IMG/VR virus record: IMGVR_UViG_3300035135_003292 | Location: 1-25,016 of that record | Direction: 5' to 3' (one strand) | Length of the DNA stretch: 25,016 nt | Origin: a virus | Lineage: Duplodnaviria > Caudoviricetes | Shown here: in pieces, positions 24,502 through 25,016 of the stretch | How the letters are laid out: each line of letters begins with the position of its first letter | Numbering within the stretch: the stretch's first letter is position 1 | Program-made: the position numbers and the translations under genes | The notes under the pieces: generated by a model | What the model was told of the DNA's origin: nothing | What the model saw: only the letters and a program-made list of their open reading frames with translations | Database searches by the model: none

Positions 24502-24509
24502 TATATATC
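24502..24509 (-). promoter_or_regulatory. Putative late promoter (GATATATA)
   Basis: Exact octamer ~30 nt upstream of the ATG at 24472. Confidence 0.55.
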
Positions 24510-24517
24510 CTTCTTTT

Positions 24518-25016
24518 TTAGAGTGTTTCTACACCCTTTAGTTTCATCCACTCTGCTAGCTTTTCGTGAGCTGCGTTAAAGACTCTAGATCTATTGTAAT
24601 CTTTACCAATATTCTTAAAATATTCTTTAGCCAAATAGTATGCAGGTTCAACTGCTTCACCGTTTGCAAGCTTATCTTCAACTTGCTTAGAAAGGTCTAA
24701 AGCAATTGCAGCGCCCTCAAAAAAGAATGCAGTGTATCCTGTAATATCGTTGTAGTGATCATTGATCAATTTCGCAGCCACATCACCAAGTGCTTTCTTT
24801 CTTTTATCACTGTTAAACTTTTGATCGTCAGTTAGACTGTTCCACCACAAATAAATGTAGTTGTGTTCAGCATCGTAGACTGGATCCATGAAACCACCTT
24901 CGATAATTTCTTTCATTTGTTCTTTGATCCAACTAGGGTACTTGATTTTGCCATTAGCTTTGACCCATTTTTTGTATTCGTAGCCACTCCAAAAACTTTC
25001 GTTAAGTGCTTTGGCT
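24518..25016 (-). CDS. Hypothetical protein, 5'-truncated by the window edge
   Basis: The frame stays open upstream of 24916 to the window end (..AKALNESFWSGYEYKKWVKANGKIKYPSWIKEQMKE..), so the true start probably lies outside the window. Confidence 0.7.
   Translation of the reverse strand, partial: AKALNESFWSGYEYKKWVKANGKIKYPSWIKEQMKEIIEGGFMDPVYDAEHNYIYLWWNSLTDDQKFNSDKRKKALGDVAAKLINDHYNDITGYTAFFFEGAAIALDLSKQVEDKLANGEAVEPAYYLAKEYFKNIGKDYNRSRVFNAAHEKLAEWMKLKGVETL

Larger units (their letters stand above)
1..25016 (-). mobile_element. Segment of a large T4-like myovirus (probable jumbo phage) genome: neck/baseplate module plus nucleotide-metabolism and head-internal genes
   Basis: Co-oriented, tightly packed genes; recognisable gp5/gpV, gp6, gp13, gp25 and gp53-like proteins; dCMP deaminase; no cellular housekeeping context except a diverged S1; no integrase or att site in the window. 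Confidence 0.93.

Noticed and set aside
1-25016. Stop-codon reassignment (no gene here ends in TAG)
   Set aside because: Genes are full-length and tile the window under code 11 with no in-frame TAG or TGA; TAA bias is expected in AT-rich DNA
1-25016. CRISPR array, tRNA, intron or intein
   Set aside because: No spaced direct repeats; intergenic gaps (about 70 nt or less) leave no room for such RNAs; helicase and deaminase motifs are contiguous

Overview
This window is a densely coded, AT-rich segment of a large T4-like (contractile-tailed, probably jumbo) phage genome. All credible genes lie on the minus strand. Read in transcription direction (high to low coordinates), there are three blocks. 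(i) Putative head-internal/prohead-core proteins with T4-like capsid-targeting N-termini, ended by an intrinsic terminator at 23431-23463. (ii) A nucleotide/DNA block (dCMP deaminase, DinG/XPD-type helicase, 2OG-Fe(II) oxygenase) plus six small hypotheticals. (iii) An ~18 kb neck/baseplate module (gp48/54-, gp53-, gp27-, gp5/gpV-, gp13-, gp25-, gp6-, gp7- and gp9-like genes). Two non-structural genes sit inside this module: a four-domain, Bacteroidota-type ribosomal protein S1 and a COOH-NH2 amidoligase fused to a beta-helix-like tail. A recurring intergenic GATATATA motif looks like a T4-type late promoter. In front of the amidoligase it is embedded in a 12-bp hairpin that would mask the translation start on read-through mRNA. 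The absence of Shine-Dalgarno sites and the S1 sequence type suggest a Bacteroidota host. All product calls come from motifs recognised by eye and from gene order; no database searches were run.
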